Of a DNA stretch of 64,000 nt, positions 9,256 to 18,851 are shown in pieces. Origin of the DNA: a virus. A program made the position numbers and the translations under genes. Below the pieces are notes generated by a model. The model saw only the letters and a program-made list of their open reading frames with translations. It was not told the origin of the DNA and did no database searches. Position 1 is the first letter of the stretch; every line of letters starts with the position of its first letter. The stretch is from IMG/VR virus record IMGVR_UViG_3300025168_014097, positions 1 through 64,000 of that record; one strand, given 5' to 3'.

Positions 9256-9864
9256 TTAATTCTCTATATCTTTTGATTCTATTAGAGTATATGTGAAATT
9301 ATTGTTCCACGTTTCTCTAGCCGTTTGACATATTTCTAAGAATGTATGCCAATCATCATTACTTGCTATTACTTGACAGCCCGCTGACCATCTATCTACG
9401 TATGTTGATTTTTTACCTGCCTTTGAAGTTGCTCTATGTATATTAATTCCAAATATACCAGTTTGAGTTGTCGATTCATCAAAATCATATACACCATCTT
9501 TATTACGATCTCTGTAAACTGTTACATCTTTCTGTTGTCCTAATGCTAAATATTTACCTTGATGTAATCTAAGTTTATGTGAACCTCTGTATTGACCTGG
9601 CTTAAGGATTGCAACACCTTTTTCACTTAGTAAGTTTTCAACATGATCGTCTCCAGGATCTGTTGTACAGTCAAAGCAGTGAAATTGCCATTCACCATCT
9701 TCTTTATATGTAATTGTGATTTTGTCATCGAATCTGTTTGTAACCTTGTTGTTAGTTTCGGAATTTCTGATTCCTACAATGTTAACGTTATAGTCACCAG
9801 ATTCAAACCATCTGTAGCCTTTAGCTTCAACTGCAGTTTGGATTTGATCTCTAGTATAAGACAT
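9256..9864 (-). CDS. L,D-transpeptidase (YkuD)-fold peptidoglycan enzyme, endolysin candidate
   Basis: GINIHRA...WSAGCQV matches the H...SxGC catalytic signature; GAGGAG RBS. Confidence 0.65.
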   Translation of the reverse strand: MSYTRDQIQTAVEAKGYRWFESGDYNVNIVGIRNSETNNKVTNRFDDKITITYKEDGEWQFHCFDCTTDPGDDHVENLLSEKGVAILKPGQYRGSHKLRLHQGKYLALGQQKDVTVYRDRNKDGVYDFDESTTQTGIFGINIHRATSKAGKKSTYVDRWSAGCQVIASNDDWHTFLEICQTARETWNNNFTYTLIESKDIEN

Positions 9865-9898
9865 AGTTTTCTCCTCTTGTATTTAGTATGAGTACGTA

Positions 9899-9906
9899 TA
9901 TAAATA
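9899..9906 (-). promoter_or_regulatory. TATTTATA motif, candidate phage-specific promoter
   Basis: Intergenic, about 35 bp upstream of the endolysin candidate; same octamer at 41647, 56452 and 38692. Confidence 0.35.
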
Positions 9907-9931
9907 TACTGAGACCCGAGAAAACAATCAG

Positions 9932-10111
9932 TTAATCCAGCTTAACGTCTTTGCGTTCTACCCAAAATAACCGCCCAACATCATCAGTTACTCTGATTCT
10001 TTTTTTATCTGAATCTGACTCATTGTATTTGACCCGAGTGCCCTTCACTAAAGCTCCATTAGCTGTGTGATATGTCTTTGTAACATTAGCTTTTTTCACG
10101 CTTCCTGACAT
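9932..10111 (-). CDS. Small hypothetical beta-rich protein
   Basis: 59 aa from ATG 10111; IRVTDDVGRLFWV hairpin pattern. Confidence 0.5.
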   Translation of the reverse strand: MSGSVKKANVTKTYHTANGALVKGTRVKYNESDSDKKRIRVTDDVGRLFWVERKDVKLD

Positions 10112-10259
10112 TTTCTTTCCTCTTTTTCGATGGAACTTCTTCGTCATCATACTTTCGTTTTCTACGACGAATCTTTTCTTTATGAGGCTTATTCTGTCCC
10201 CAATCTAATTCTTCTAAATCTTTACGATTTAGCTTGACTTTCTTCACTGAGTCTTTCAT
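10086..10259 (-). CDS. Small basic hypothetical protein
   Basis: Lys/Arg-rich ORF filling the gap between neighbours; start uncertain. Confidence 0.35.
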   Translation of the reverse strand: MKDSVKKVKLNRKDLEELDWGQNKPHKEKIRRRKRKYDDEEVPSKKRKENVRKREKS

Positions 10260-10413
10260 GTACATTTTCGCATAATTGCAGTCTGTCTGGATTCGTTCCA
10301 ATCTCCTGCAATCTTTTAATTTCTAATTCTAATTCTTTAATATCTGTTGGAATCCAGTCTTTCACATCTCTGTTACGATTAATGTCCCAATATCTGTCGT
10401 TATGATTTGTCAT
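10222..10413 (-). CDS. Hypothetical protein
   Basis: 63-aa ORF overlapping neighbours by short stretches. Confidence 0.45.
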   Translation of the reverse strand: MTNHNDRYWDINRNRDVKDWIPTDIKELELEIKRLQEIGTNPDRLQLCENVHERLSEESQAKS

Positions 10414-10654
10414 ATCTTATCTTTAATTTTTTTATTCTATCTAGGAATTCTGTAATGGTTAGCGTTTCATTCTTATCTGTTTTTATTTTTACCGCTTCTA
10501 ATAATTCCGGTTTTGTATCTATCATTCCCATAAGAGATCTCAATCCTTGTCCACTCCAAAATACTCCAAAGCCGTTATCTTCTCCAAGTAAGTTTGTTTC
10601 GAGCCATGCATCACGCTCTGTATCTCCTGGCATCATTAGATAGTATTGCTTCAT
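10400..10654 (-). CDS. Hypothetical protein
   Basis: Start moved to ATG 10654 (MKQYYL), just after the epimerase stop. Confidence 0.6.
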   Translation of the reverse strand: MKQYYLMMPGDTERDAWLETNLLGEDNGFGVFWSGQGLRSLMGMIDTKPELLEAVKIKTDKNETLTITEFLDRIKKLKIRYDKS

Positions 10655-10655
10655 A

Positions 10656-11648
10656 TTATTCTGATTTCCAAAACGAGTATATACCTTTATCCAATTCATA
10701 CTCATTCCAAAACATCCTTTCCCGCTTCGGTTGTTTTTTTGCCCACTCCCACATGTCAGTAAGACCTTGCTTCAAATCAATCTTTTCTGTGTAGTCTAGC
10801 AGGAATTGGGACTTCTCATATGTTGGATATGCATATTTAACCTCATGTCGACCTTCTAAGTGAACTTTATTCCCTCCACCCATTACTTCAATCAATATAT
10901 CTGCCGCTTGATTAATACTACATTCTTTTATACCACCTAAATTAATGACTTGCTTTGATGCTCTTTCATCAGTTGCAGCTTTCCACAATGGTTCTAAACA
11001 ATTATCAATATAGCTAAATGCTCGCTGTTGTTCACCATCTCCAAATATAGTAATATCTTGGTCATTCAAATATTGATACATCCATATACCTAATACATTT
11101 CTATATTTATCCCAGATATTTTGCTTGAGACCATATACGTTATGTGGTCTGATAATACACCAATCCAGATTATGTTGTTGTCCTGCTATATGAATATCTA
11201 GCTCACATCCTAATTTTGCTACTCCATATGGATCAATTGGTTGTAGTGGTGAATCTTCAGAAAATGGTGGTGTTCCGTGACCATATACAGCTAAAGATGA
11301 TGTGAATACTAATCTAGTAACATCATATTTAATACAATTGTTAATAATTTCAGCTGTTGATATTAAATTATTCTGATAGTTGTATTTTCTAATGAATGGG
11401 CTCAATCCTTCTGCTGCATATGCTGCAAAATGATATACAAATTCTGGTTTATGTTTTTTAAATACCTTATCCAGCCCGTCATTAATATCTTGCTTATAGA
11501 ATTTTACCTTTTTATTAACGTTTTCTTTAAATCCGCCAGATAAATCATCTACCCCAATTACTTTATAGTCTGTACTTTCTATGATCCAATCTGCCAATCT
11601 GGATCCGAGTAATCCTGCTACTCCGGTTATTAAAACTGTTTTACTCAT
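10656..11648 (-). CDS. NAD-dependent nucleotide-sugar epimerase/dehydratase (UDP-glucose 4-epimerase-like)
   Basis: TGVAGLLGS Rossmann motif, TSS, YGVAK catalytic motif, RPHNVYG. Confidence 0.9.
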   Translation of the reverse strand: MSKTVLITGVAGLLGSRLADWIIESTDYKVIGVDDLSGGFKENVNKKVKFYKQDINDGLDKVFKKHKPEFVYHFAAYAAEGLSPFIRKYNYQNNLISTAEIINNCIKYDVTRLVFTSSLAVYGHGTPPFSEDSPLQPIDPYGVAKLGCELDIHIAGQQHNLDWCIIRPHNVYGLKQNIWDKYRNVLGIWMYQYLNDQDITIFGDGEQQRAFSYIDNCLEPLWKAATDERASKQVINLGGIKECSINQAADILIEVMGGGNKVHLEGRHEVKYAYPTYEKSQFLLDYTEKIDLKQGLTDMWEWAKKQPKRERMFWNEYELDKGIYSFWKSE

Positions 11649-12426
11649 AATTAATTCCCTTAAATTTATTTATTTGTGGTTTATGTGAATTGTTAGGATG
11701 TCGAATTGGATCGATACCCCATTTATACTTAAATATATTTGCTGCTGACTGTTCGCTAGCTTTGAATCGCTCACCTTCTTTTCCATTCTTAGTTGCTACT
11801 GAGCCGAAGTGATAAAAATTTAATTTTCTAGATCTTTTGAATGTTTTTCCAGCTAGCTCTAATTTCAAAAAGAAGTCCCAATCACATATAAATGGTGACC
11901 CATAGATAGTATCAAATCCCCCTACCATCATATAGTCAGTCTTTGACATGTAAAATGGAAATATTTCTCCATCATCTGTCAATTTATTTGTTCTATAGGT
12001 TTGTTCGTCTGTAGTGAACTTATCTAGATCAAAATCTTCTACTCCTCCAAAATCAGCTGTTTCAAAATTAAATATGCTAGGAGCTCGTTCAATCTGGTTT
12101 GGTGTTATAATTGTTTTACCATCTTCCGATTCTAAAATTACATCCCAATCCTTTGGAAATACATTATCATCATTTACGATAAGTATGTATTCATTAGTTG
12201 CATTCCACACACCTACATTAAGTGAATGCTGCATACCTTGATTTGTTTCATTTGGTACAAATCCTACACGATCTTTATACTTTTCAATTATGTGTTTACT
12301 TTCTTCAACAAATCCATCAATAACACATATCATCTCATTATTATTCTGTTGATTATCTAATGCTGATTGCAGACATATATCTAAACATTCAGGACTTCTA
12401 TAGCTTGGTATTATTACACTAATCAT
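11641..12426 (-). CDS. Glycosyltransferase family 2
   Basis: ISVIIPSY, NDD motif, VGGFD, DWDF. Confidence 0.85.
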   Translation of the reverse strand: MISVIIPSYRSPECLDICLQSALDNQQNNNEMICVIDGFVEESKHIIEKYKDRVGFVPNETNQGMQHSLNVGVWNATNEYILIVNDDNVFPKDWDVILESEDGKTIITPNQIERAPSIFNFETADFGGVEDFDLDKFTTDEQTYRTNKLTDDGEIFPFYMSKTDYMMVGGFDTIYGSPFICDWDFFLKLELAGKTFKRSRKLNFYHFGSVATKNGKEGERFKASEQSAANIFKYKWGIDPIRHPNNSHKPQINKFKGINYE

Positions 12427-13115
12427 ATTACATTCTCCCAATCTGTTAGTGGTGCTAACCAAGCAGTTTCTCCATGTGTTGCATGTCCTGGTATTGAGCT
12501 CACTAACGATCTATTGTTATTTCTTAATTCTATGAATGTGTCAAAGTCTCTTGGATAAGTTCCTTGTGTGTGTTTTCTCCAAACATCCTCATCTTCTCGT
12601 AATGTTTTAACTCGAGCACAGAACGTCATTGTTGTTGAATTTGTTATCTTCCAATGACTGCTATCTGTCAAAAACACTTTAGTAATCTCTCCTCCACCTT
12701 TAACGTGAGGATTTCCTCCTCTATTAGCATCAATATATTTATCTGGATGGTCATATAATGTTGCATAATGAGCTCCCATATCAATAGCTTCTTGCAAATA
12801 CTTTTGTGCATTCATATTATGAATATAGTCATTTTCTATGAAATATACAACTTTATCATCGTCTAATTTTAATGCTTCATCCAAAGCTAAATTGAAAGTA
12901 CCAGCACCATGACCAATTGATACATAGTTTATATGATCTCTCGATTTATATTTCTGGATCATATTATTTGTTTCCTCTGATATATTATCTGCTATAATAG
13001 ACCAATTTGCATTACAAAATACTTTGACCGCATTTTGCAAACATGTTTCATTGTTAATATAGTCTGGTTTTACTTTACTATATCCTGCATCTGATATTCT
13101 ATAGATTACGTGCAT
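12423..13115 (-). CDS. GT-A fold glycosyltransferase-like protein
   Basis: VYFIENDY DxD-like motif, HG near C-terminus; glycan island context. Confidence 0.65.
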   Translation of the reverse strand: MHVIYRISDAGYSKVKPDYINNETCLQNAVKVFCNANWSIIADNISEETNNMIQKYKSRDHINYVSIGHGAGTFNLALDEALKLDDDKVVYFIENDYIHNMNAQKYLQEAIDMGAHYATLYDHPDKYIDANRGGNPHVKGGGEITKVFLTDSSHWKITNSTTMTFCARVKTLREDEDVWRKHTQGTYPRDFDTFIELRNNNRSLVSSIPGHATHGETAWLAPLTDWENVI

Positions 13116-13969
13116 ATTATTTCTCGCATTTGTGATGCTACTTCAGTATCTGTTAAATATGGATCTAAGCTGACGTGTCCCTCATTTGGAAAGTAGAATT
13201 CTGGACCTAGTTTTGGTTTCTGAATTTTCTTGATAACTCCATTCCATCCATATAATTGGTGTACAAAATCTCCAGTGATAATTGTTTTAGTTCCAACACC
13301 TGCTGCAAGATTTATCAATCCACTTTCTCCTCCAATCATCCAATCACAAGATTTTATAACAGAAGCCGTTGCGCTATAGTATCCTGCTGCCATAGCTCCA
13401 CCCATTGGTTGGTGTTTATGGTTTGGAGTTCCAGTTGGAAAACCAACCATTATGATATTACATTCTTTAGCTAATACTGATAGAATATTCTCGATATTCC
13501 TCCTTTCACCTCCATATCCAGTTTCATTTGGATGATTGATTCCCGCTTTATATTGTTCTGGAGTGAATTTAAAACTCTTTTCGATCCAATTAGATTGTAC
13601 TGCAATGTTAGGTCTACCATCTTTAGGGAGAAGTAATTTTGATGAATCGTCCGCTCCTTCATTTGTATAAATTTTATATCCAAGATCATCTGTAAATATT
13701 TCACAATGATGTCTAAAATAGATTGGAGGTGGAATTGATTGGTCTACTGGTGGTAAGTTGTATACTTTATCATATTGTTTTTCCATTTCTGGAGTAAGTT
13801 CAGAATTATGAATTACCTTACCGATACGTGGATCGTTGTTAAATAATCCCATTACTTGATGTACTGAAACACAGTAATCTATTGGATCAGTATATGGATT
13901 AGATTGAGCAATTCCTGCTGCGAATAAATGATCACCTATGAATCCATTACATTTAACTAACTGCTTCAT
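13106..13969 (-). CDS. GT9-like (heptosyltransferase-type) glycosyltransferase
   Basis: N-terminal IGD and C-terminal IGGESGLINLAAGVGTKT, matching the GT9 (D/E)SGxxHLAAA pattern. Confidence 0.7.
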   Translation of the reverse strand: MKQLVKCNGFIGDHLFAAGIAQSNPYTDPIDYCVSVHQVMGLFNNDPRIGKVIHNSELTPEMEKQYDKVYNLPPVDQSIPPPIYFRHHCEIFTDDLGYKIYTNEGADDSSKLLLPKDGRPNIAVQSNWIEKSFKFTPEQYKAGINHPNETGYGGERRNIENILSVLAKECNIIMVGFPTGTPNHKHQPMGGAMAAGYYSATASVIKSCDWMIGGESGLINLAAGVGTKTIITGDFVHQLYGWNGVIKKIQKPKLGPEFYFPNEGHVSLDPYLTDTEVASQMREIICT

Positions 13970-14750
13970 CTACTATCTCTTTTACATTTGGATTAAATTC
14001 TGGATTGTCTTTTACAAATTGACCGACCCTTGGTACATAATGTTTTATGAAATGTTCCATTTTTGTACCTTCTTGATTTGGAAAATAATCATCTTTGTTT
14101 AGTCTATAATCTTCTGCAGTAATATTATCACAGTTTAATCCTAATCCCCCAGCAGCTGCATATCCAAATTCTGCTGTTGGTCGGTGGTTAATTTTAAATC
14201 CTGCTTTTTTCACTAGTTCTGGAAGATATGTTTCGTATATTTCAAAGAAATAATTACAATAATTTGTAATTGAAATCGTTTCAACCAACTCAAAGATTTT
14301 TCGATGGATAACCCAAAAGTCCCAGTAATGTGTACCTGCTTCAGCTATATCCGTAAGGAATACACACTTACCTTTCCAATTTCGAACATTATCATCCCAC
14401 CCTTTATTTATATCTGTTATATCATCACAAGCACCTAAAAGGAATTCACCTTTTGCTGTCGCTGCGATCTCATCAAAAAATTGCGGTATACTGCAGTAGC
14501 CGTATTTTTGCGGTCCTGACATTACTTTAATTTGTAAATGTCTTGCATGTCCTGCACATAATCTTATATCATTTATCCATTCTTGAGATCTACCAGCTTC
14601 ATTATCTATACGAAGTATTACTTCAATATCATCGGGATTTGTAGCTGTGTTGAAAAATAGTAATATTGATTTTGTGACCATATCTCTATCATTTGCTGAT
14701 GGCATCATAATTGATACTAATGGATTTTGGTTGTCGATTGCATTACTCAT
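13953..14750 (-). CDS. Glycosyltransferase family 2-like
   Basis: VSIMMPS, EVILRIDN, AKGEFL..DD; paralogue of 28165..28950. Confidence 0.7.
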   Translation of the reverse strand: MSNAIDNQNPLVSIMMPSANDRDMVTKSILLFFNTATNPDDIEVILRIDNEAGRSQEWINDIRLCAGHARHLQIKVMSGPQKYGYCSIPQFFDEIAATAKGEFLLGACDDITDINKGWDDNVRNWKGKCVFLTDIAEAGTHYWDFWVIHRKIFELVETISITNYCNYFFEIYETYLPELVKKAGFKINHRPTAEFGYAAAGGLGLNCDNITAEDYRLNKDDYFPNQEGTKMEHFIKHYVPRVGQFVKDNPEFNPNVKEIVDEAVS

Positions 14751-15132
14751 TTTGACTATCTCCTTTTTCGACTCTATAAGAGTCTTCTATTTTATCTTGC
14801 GTTGAGGTTTCAAAAATACAGCTATCTTCAAGAGCTTCTAATTGATGAGCTATACCTTGGTATATTGTTACAACATCACCTGCGTTTAATTCTTGTACAA
14901 CTTTATCTGCATTAGTAGGATCAATCCATGTGAATTTTAATTTGCCGTATCGTACAAACCACGTTTCATATTTATCAACATGATAGTGCATTGAAAACTT
15001 TTTACCTTTTTCAAATACTAAAAGCTTAGCACAATAGTCTTGATTGTTTTCGATGTGTAATTCATATCCCCAACCTTTTTTAATAAAAGATTCTTTACAT
15101 TTTGTTGCATTCCATACTATCGGTTTTTCCAT
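14743..15132 (-). CDS. Cupin, sugar-phosphate isomerase-like
   Basis: KGWGYE, SMHYHxxKxETW and HQL cupin metal motifs. Confidence 0.8.
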   Translation of the reverse strand: MEKPIVWNATKCKESFIKKGWGYELHIENNQDYCAKLLVFEKGKKFSMHYHVDKYETWFVRYGKLKFTWIDPTNADKVVQELNAGDVVTIYQGIAHQLEALEDSCIFETSTQDKIEDSYRVEKGDSQNE

Positions 15133-15509
15133 TCTAATATCTCCGTTGTTGAGTATCCTTCTATTCTATCAAAGAATACTACTTCTTCTACATGTTGTTC
15201 ACCTACCACAGTTTGGCCTTTCCAATCTGATCCTATGACTAATTTACTAGCTCCTACTATATTTACGAGATCTTCCAATCCTTGGGTAGAGTCAAATACA
15301 AATACTCCATCTATATATTTTATAGATTCTAAAACTTCTTTTCTATCTTGCATATTATTAAAAGGTCTATCATCTCCCTTATCTTTTTTAACTTTTTCAT
15401 CTGAATCAATACCTACGTATAATTTAGATCCTAAGCTTTTGGCATATTTGAATAATTCAATGTGTCCTTTATGTAAGATGTCAAAACATCCATTAGTCCA
15501 AATTATCAT
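15117..15509 (-). CDS. Heptose-1-phosphate adenylyltransferase (HldE domain II / HldC-like)
   Basis: NGCFDILHKGH, KGxxRP, GSDW, STT. Confidence 0.85.
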   Translation of the reverse strand: MIIWTNGCFDILHKGHIELFKYAKSLGSKLYVGIDSDEKVKKDKGDDRPFNNMQDRKEVLESIKYIDGVFVFDSTQGLEDLVNIVGASKLVIGSDWKGQTVVGEQHVEEVVFFDRIEGYSTTEILEWKNR

Positions 15510-16261
15510 ACAGTTGCTACTCCTTGTTTTTGTACCACTATTGTAGTGCATTCCTGTGCAAATTGGATAGCTTTGTCTATATTATTTGTGTTAATATATT
15601 CATATACCAATCCAGCTAAGAATGTATCTCCTGCTCCTGAGACGTCCTTTACAGGAACATCTGTTGTTGCATACATTCGGCCTTGATATTCACATCCATG
15701 CTTACCTTTCGTTACTATTAATTGTTTGTGTAGATTGGGATATTCTGACAGTTGCTTGGAATTCTTTTGATATTCTAAATGATTAATTTTAATATAATCC
15801 ATACCTTTACACCAACTACCTAATTCTTTTTTTGTATCTAAGAATGTGGGACACTTTGCTTTTTTACCTATATGAGCTATATCATAAAGTGTAAGAAATC
15901 CTTTATCATAATCCGATACTACTATAGCGTCATACTCTAAATCAAAATCTGTATTTATACAATTTTGCCAGTCTTCATTAAAGTCAATTGGCATGCATTC
16001 ATCATTTTCATCTACTCTAAGAACCATTTGGTTATATCGCTCGTCTACATATCTTATCTTTCTAATAGATTCTTTATTAGTAATTAAATCAACTGTGGCT
16101 CCTAGAGCTTTTAAATTAGCAACTACATTTCCTGCCATTCCTGGATTTGATTTTTTCTCTACTGGTACTAATACTGGTACTGGAGCTTCTGGAGCTATCC
16201 TTTCTATATCTCCATAGATAAATACATCTTCACAACTATCCCCTATAACTAATATTTTCAT
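15506..16261 (-). CDS. Heptose-7-phosphate kinase (HldE domain I / HldA-like, PfkB family)
   Basis: RIAPEAPVPV, SDYDKG, DVSGAGDT. Confidence 0.88.
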   Translation of the reverse strand: MKILVIGDSCEDVFIYGDIERIAPEAPVPVLVPVEKKSNPGMAGNVVANLKALGATVDLITNKESIRKIRYVDERYNQMVLRVDENDECMPIDFNEDWQNCINTDFDLEYDAIVVSDYDKGFLTLYDIAHIGKKAKCPTFLDTKKELGSWCKGMDYIKINHLEYQKNSKQLSEYPNLHKQLIVTKGKHGCEYQGRMYATTDVPVKDVSGAGDTFLAGLVYEYINTNNIDKAIQFAQECTTIVVQKQGVATV

Positions 16262-17043
16262 ATGCTCAAATTCTTTCTATATTCTTTTGTTCCTTCTTCC
16301 ACTGTCCAATTTGGCTCCCATCCTGGCATAAATTTTAATCTGTCTGCTTTAGTGTAGAATTGGTACCAACCAGGTATTTTATCTGGAGTGTGATAAGTAT
16401 ATGATATTTCCATTCCTTCTACTAAAGATTCAAAAGTTTCTGCTTTACCCGTACCTACGTCAAATACTCCGCGTTCTAAACTCATTGCATGTAAGTTTGC
16501 ATGAACAATGTCTGCTATATATACAAAATCCCTCTTTGGATTTTTTGGAAACAATTTAAACTTTCCTGCTTTATGTGCTTGATATGCTACTGATGCCATT
16601 TTACCCTTTTCATGTTCACCTGGACCGTATACATTAAAATATCTTAACGCTACAAACTTCTTACATGCTTGCAATCCATACTCCTCTGCTAATAATTTCG
16701 ACCAACCGTATATGTTATTTGGAAGGCCATCATTTCCGTAACAAGCAGCGGAGCTAGAATATACAACTTTTTTCTTATATTTCCTAGCTAAATCAAATAA
16801 TTTTTTGCTTGTTGTATAATTCCAATACAACATATAGTTTGGATCTTGTTCAGTTGTATCTGATATTGCTCCTATATGGAATATACCATCACACTGTTTA
16901 ACCATGCTTTCCAAAGCTAGCTCATCTTCCCATGTCTGTTTGTCTTGATGTATTTGCCATGCATAATCACCTCTCGATTCGAGTGTTTCTAATACAGCTT
17001 TTCCTACAAATCCTTCTGCTCCAGTTACTATGAATTTTGCCAT
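16258..17043 (-). CDS. hldD: ADP-L-glycero-D-manno-heptose 6-epimerase
   Basis: GAISDTTE, SSAACYG, YGWSK, LRYFNVYGPGEHEKGKMASV, YQFYTKAD. Confidence 0.85.
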   Translation of the reverse strand: MAKFIVTGAEGFVGKAVLETLESRGDYAWQIHQDKQTWEDELALESMVKQCDGIFHIGAISDTTEQDPNYMLYWNYTTSKKLFDLARKYKKKVVYSSSAACYGNDGLPNNIYGWSKLLAEEYGLQACKKFVALRYFNVYGPGEHEKGKMASVAYQAHKAGKFKLFPKNPKRDFVYIADIVHANLHAMSLERGVFDVGTGKAETFESLVEGMEISYTYHTPDKIPGWYQFYTKADRLKFMPGWEPNWTVEEGTKEYRKNLSI

Positions 17044-17420
17044 GATATTTCCCAATCTTTAAAATCTGCTGCTAAGCAATCTATTTTATAATCTTTTCTT
17101 CCACCAACTTTTTCTTGGATCATATTTTTTGCAGTATTTCTAATACCATTTAATCCGTGTGTTAGCTCGAGATTATTTCCATCTTTGAGACCTTTTCTAT
17201 AGTTTGATTCATTGTGCCATATATGTAAATTCATTTGTGAAAGCACTACGACAGCTCTAATCAATTCTGCATCTATTCCTTCTAACTTAATATCGTGCAT
17301 AATATCTTGAATTTCCTGAGCATATTCTTCTTTATGATCTGGAATAAATACTTCTTTTAATTGTGCTATTGATAGCCTATCTATTAATTCTGATAGTGTT
17401 GGTAAATATTTTCTACTCAT
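17028..17420 (-). CDS. Helical hypothetical protein (DUF4254-like)
   Basis: LIDRLSIAQLK and NLHIWHNE motifs; family assignment from memory and tentative. Confidence 0.5.
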   Translation of the reverse strand: MSRKYLPTLSELIDRLSIAQLKEVFIPDHKEEYAQEIQDIMHDIKLEGIDAELIRAVVVLSQMNLHIWHNESNYRKGLKDGNNLELTHGLNGIRNTAKNMIQEKVGGRKDYKIDCLAADFKDWEISWQNS

Positions 17421-18376
17421 ACTCGCTTTCTCCAATATTCTAGTAAATCGTTCCATATATCATCCATCGTTTTTTCTGGCTTCCAATCATAATGACTTTT
17501 AAATTTAGATGTATCAGGTATCTGTAGTGTTATATCAGTTGGTCTCATTCTTTCAGGATCTTGAATTTTCTTGAATGGTTTATCTGATTTTGATATTAAA
17601 GCATCTAATGCTTCTCCTACTAAACACGATTCATCACCGCCTATATTATATACCTCACCTGGTCTTGGAAATTCTGAACATAGCCAATACGCCTTGATCG
17701 CGTCATCTATATGATTATAGGTTCTAACAGAATTTAAGTTTCCATGTCGTACTTCATATATTCCATTTTTCTCTCCTTTTGCGATTTGACGTGCAAACGA
17801 TGATACTGCAAATTCTTTTCCTCTTCTAGCTCCTTCATGACTAAACATTCGAGTAGTTATAATTTTCATTCCAAACGCTTTGTGATAATATTGAGACATT
17901 AAATCATGTCCTACTTTCGATATTGAATATGGATTAGCTGGTCGAATTGGATTATTTTCAGTTATTGGAATTTCATGTGGTTCTGGATTACCATATACCT
18001 CACTTGTAGACACACTTATTATAACCGGATCCATTTCATTTGATTTTATTGATTCTAATAAATGAGTTGTTCCCAATACATTTGTATGCAATGTTACAAT
18101 TGGATTTTTGAAGCTAGATTCTGGAAAACTTTGAGCTGCAAAGTGAAATACTTTATCCGGTTTGGATAGCTTAATCGCTCTATCAATACTAGCATAATCC
18201 ATTAAATCGCCTCCATAAAGTACAACTCTCGGATTGTCGATTAGATGCTCTATATTTGTAGTATCTTCCATCCATCTTTTAAACCCATAAATTTGATCAT
18301 CTGTGTGTTCCAGAATATAGTCTGCCATATGGCTACCTACAAATCCTGTAATGCCTGTGATAAATATTTTACTCAT
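17417..18376 (-). CDS. gmd: GDP-mannose 4,6-dehydratase family SDR
   Basis: ITGITGFVGSH, AAQSF, STSEVYG, PYSISK, FSHEGARRG, HGNL..R, RPTD. Confidence 0.82.
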   Translation of the reverse strand: MSKIFITGITGFVGSHMADYILEHTDDQIYGFKRWMEDTTNIEHLIDNPRVVLYGGDLMDYASIDRAIKLSKPDKVFHFAAQSFPESSFKNPIVTLHTNVLGTTHLLESIKSNEMDPVIISVSTSEVYGNPEPHEIPITENNPIRPANPYSISKVGHDLMSQYYHKAFGMKIITTRMFSHEGARRGKEFAVSSFARQIAKGEKNGIYEVRHGNLNSVRTYNHIDDAIKAYWLCSEFPRPGEVYNIGGDESCLVGEALDALISKSDKPFKKIQDPERMRPTDITLQIPDTSKFKSHYDWKPEKTMDDIWNDLLEYWRKRV

Positions 18377-18851
18377 TTTTATCTCTTCCCCATAGAATTG
18401 GATTATTATGTGGCCATTTGAAATTCCACGATGGATCATTCCAATGTACAACAAATTGATTTTCTATATCATTATAAGAACCCTCAAACGCTTGCTTGTA
18501 ATGGAACGTGCATGTATCACTTAATACAAAATGACCATTTGCACAACCTGGAGGAACCAATACTTGTTTTCTATTAGCATCTGATAATACAAACCATTCT
18601 GATTCACCGTAGGTTTCTGACTCCTTACGACAATCAGCTACAACTAGATAGAATTCACCCTGCACACAATTGATCAGCTTCCATGTTTTATCATCACCGT
18701 GTAATCCTCGCAGTACATCTTTTTTAGAATGTGAAAACTTATCCAATCTCCAATTCAAATCTGGATAATCATCACTGGTCCACGTTGTGTATATGTCTCC
18801 ACGAAAGTCTTCATGATGAGTTGGATTAAAAGTTTTTAGATCTTGAATCAT
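18369..18851 (-). CDS. rmlC: dTDP-4-dehydrorhamnose 3,5-epimerase family
   Basis: DFRG, VLRGLH, VPPGCANG, HYK, WNDP. Confidence 0.85.
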   Translation of the reverse strand: MIQDLKTFNPTHHEDFRGDIYTTWTSDDYPDLNWRLDKFSHSKKDVLRGLHGDDKTWKLINCVQGEFYLVVADCRKESETYGESEWFVLSDANRKQVLVPPGCANGHFVLSDTCTFHYKQAFEGSYNDIENQFVVHWNDPSWNFKWPHNNPILWGRDKNE

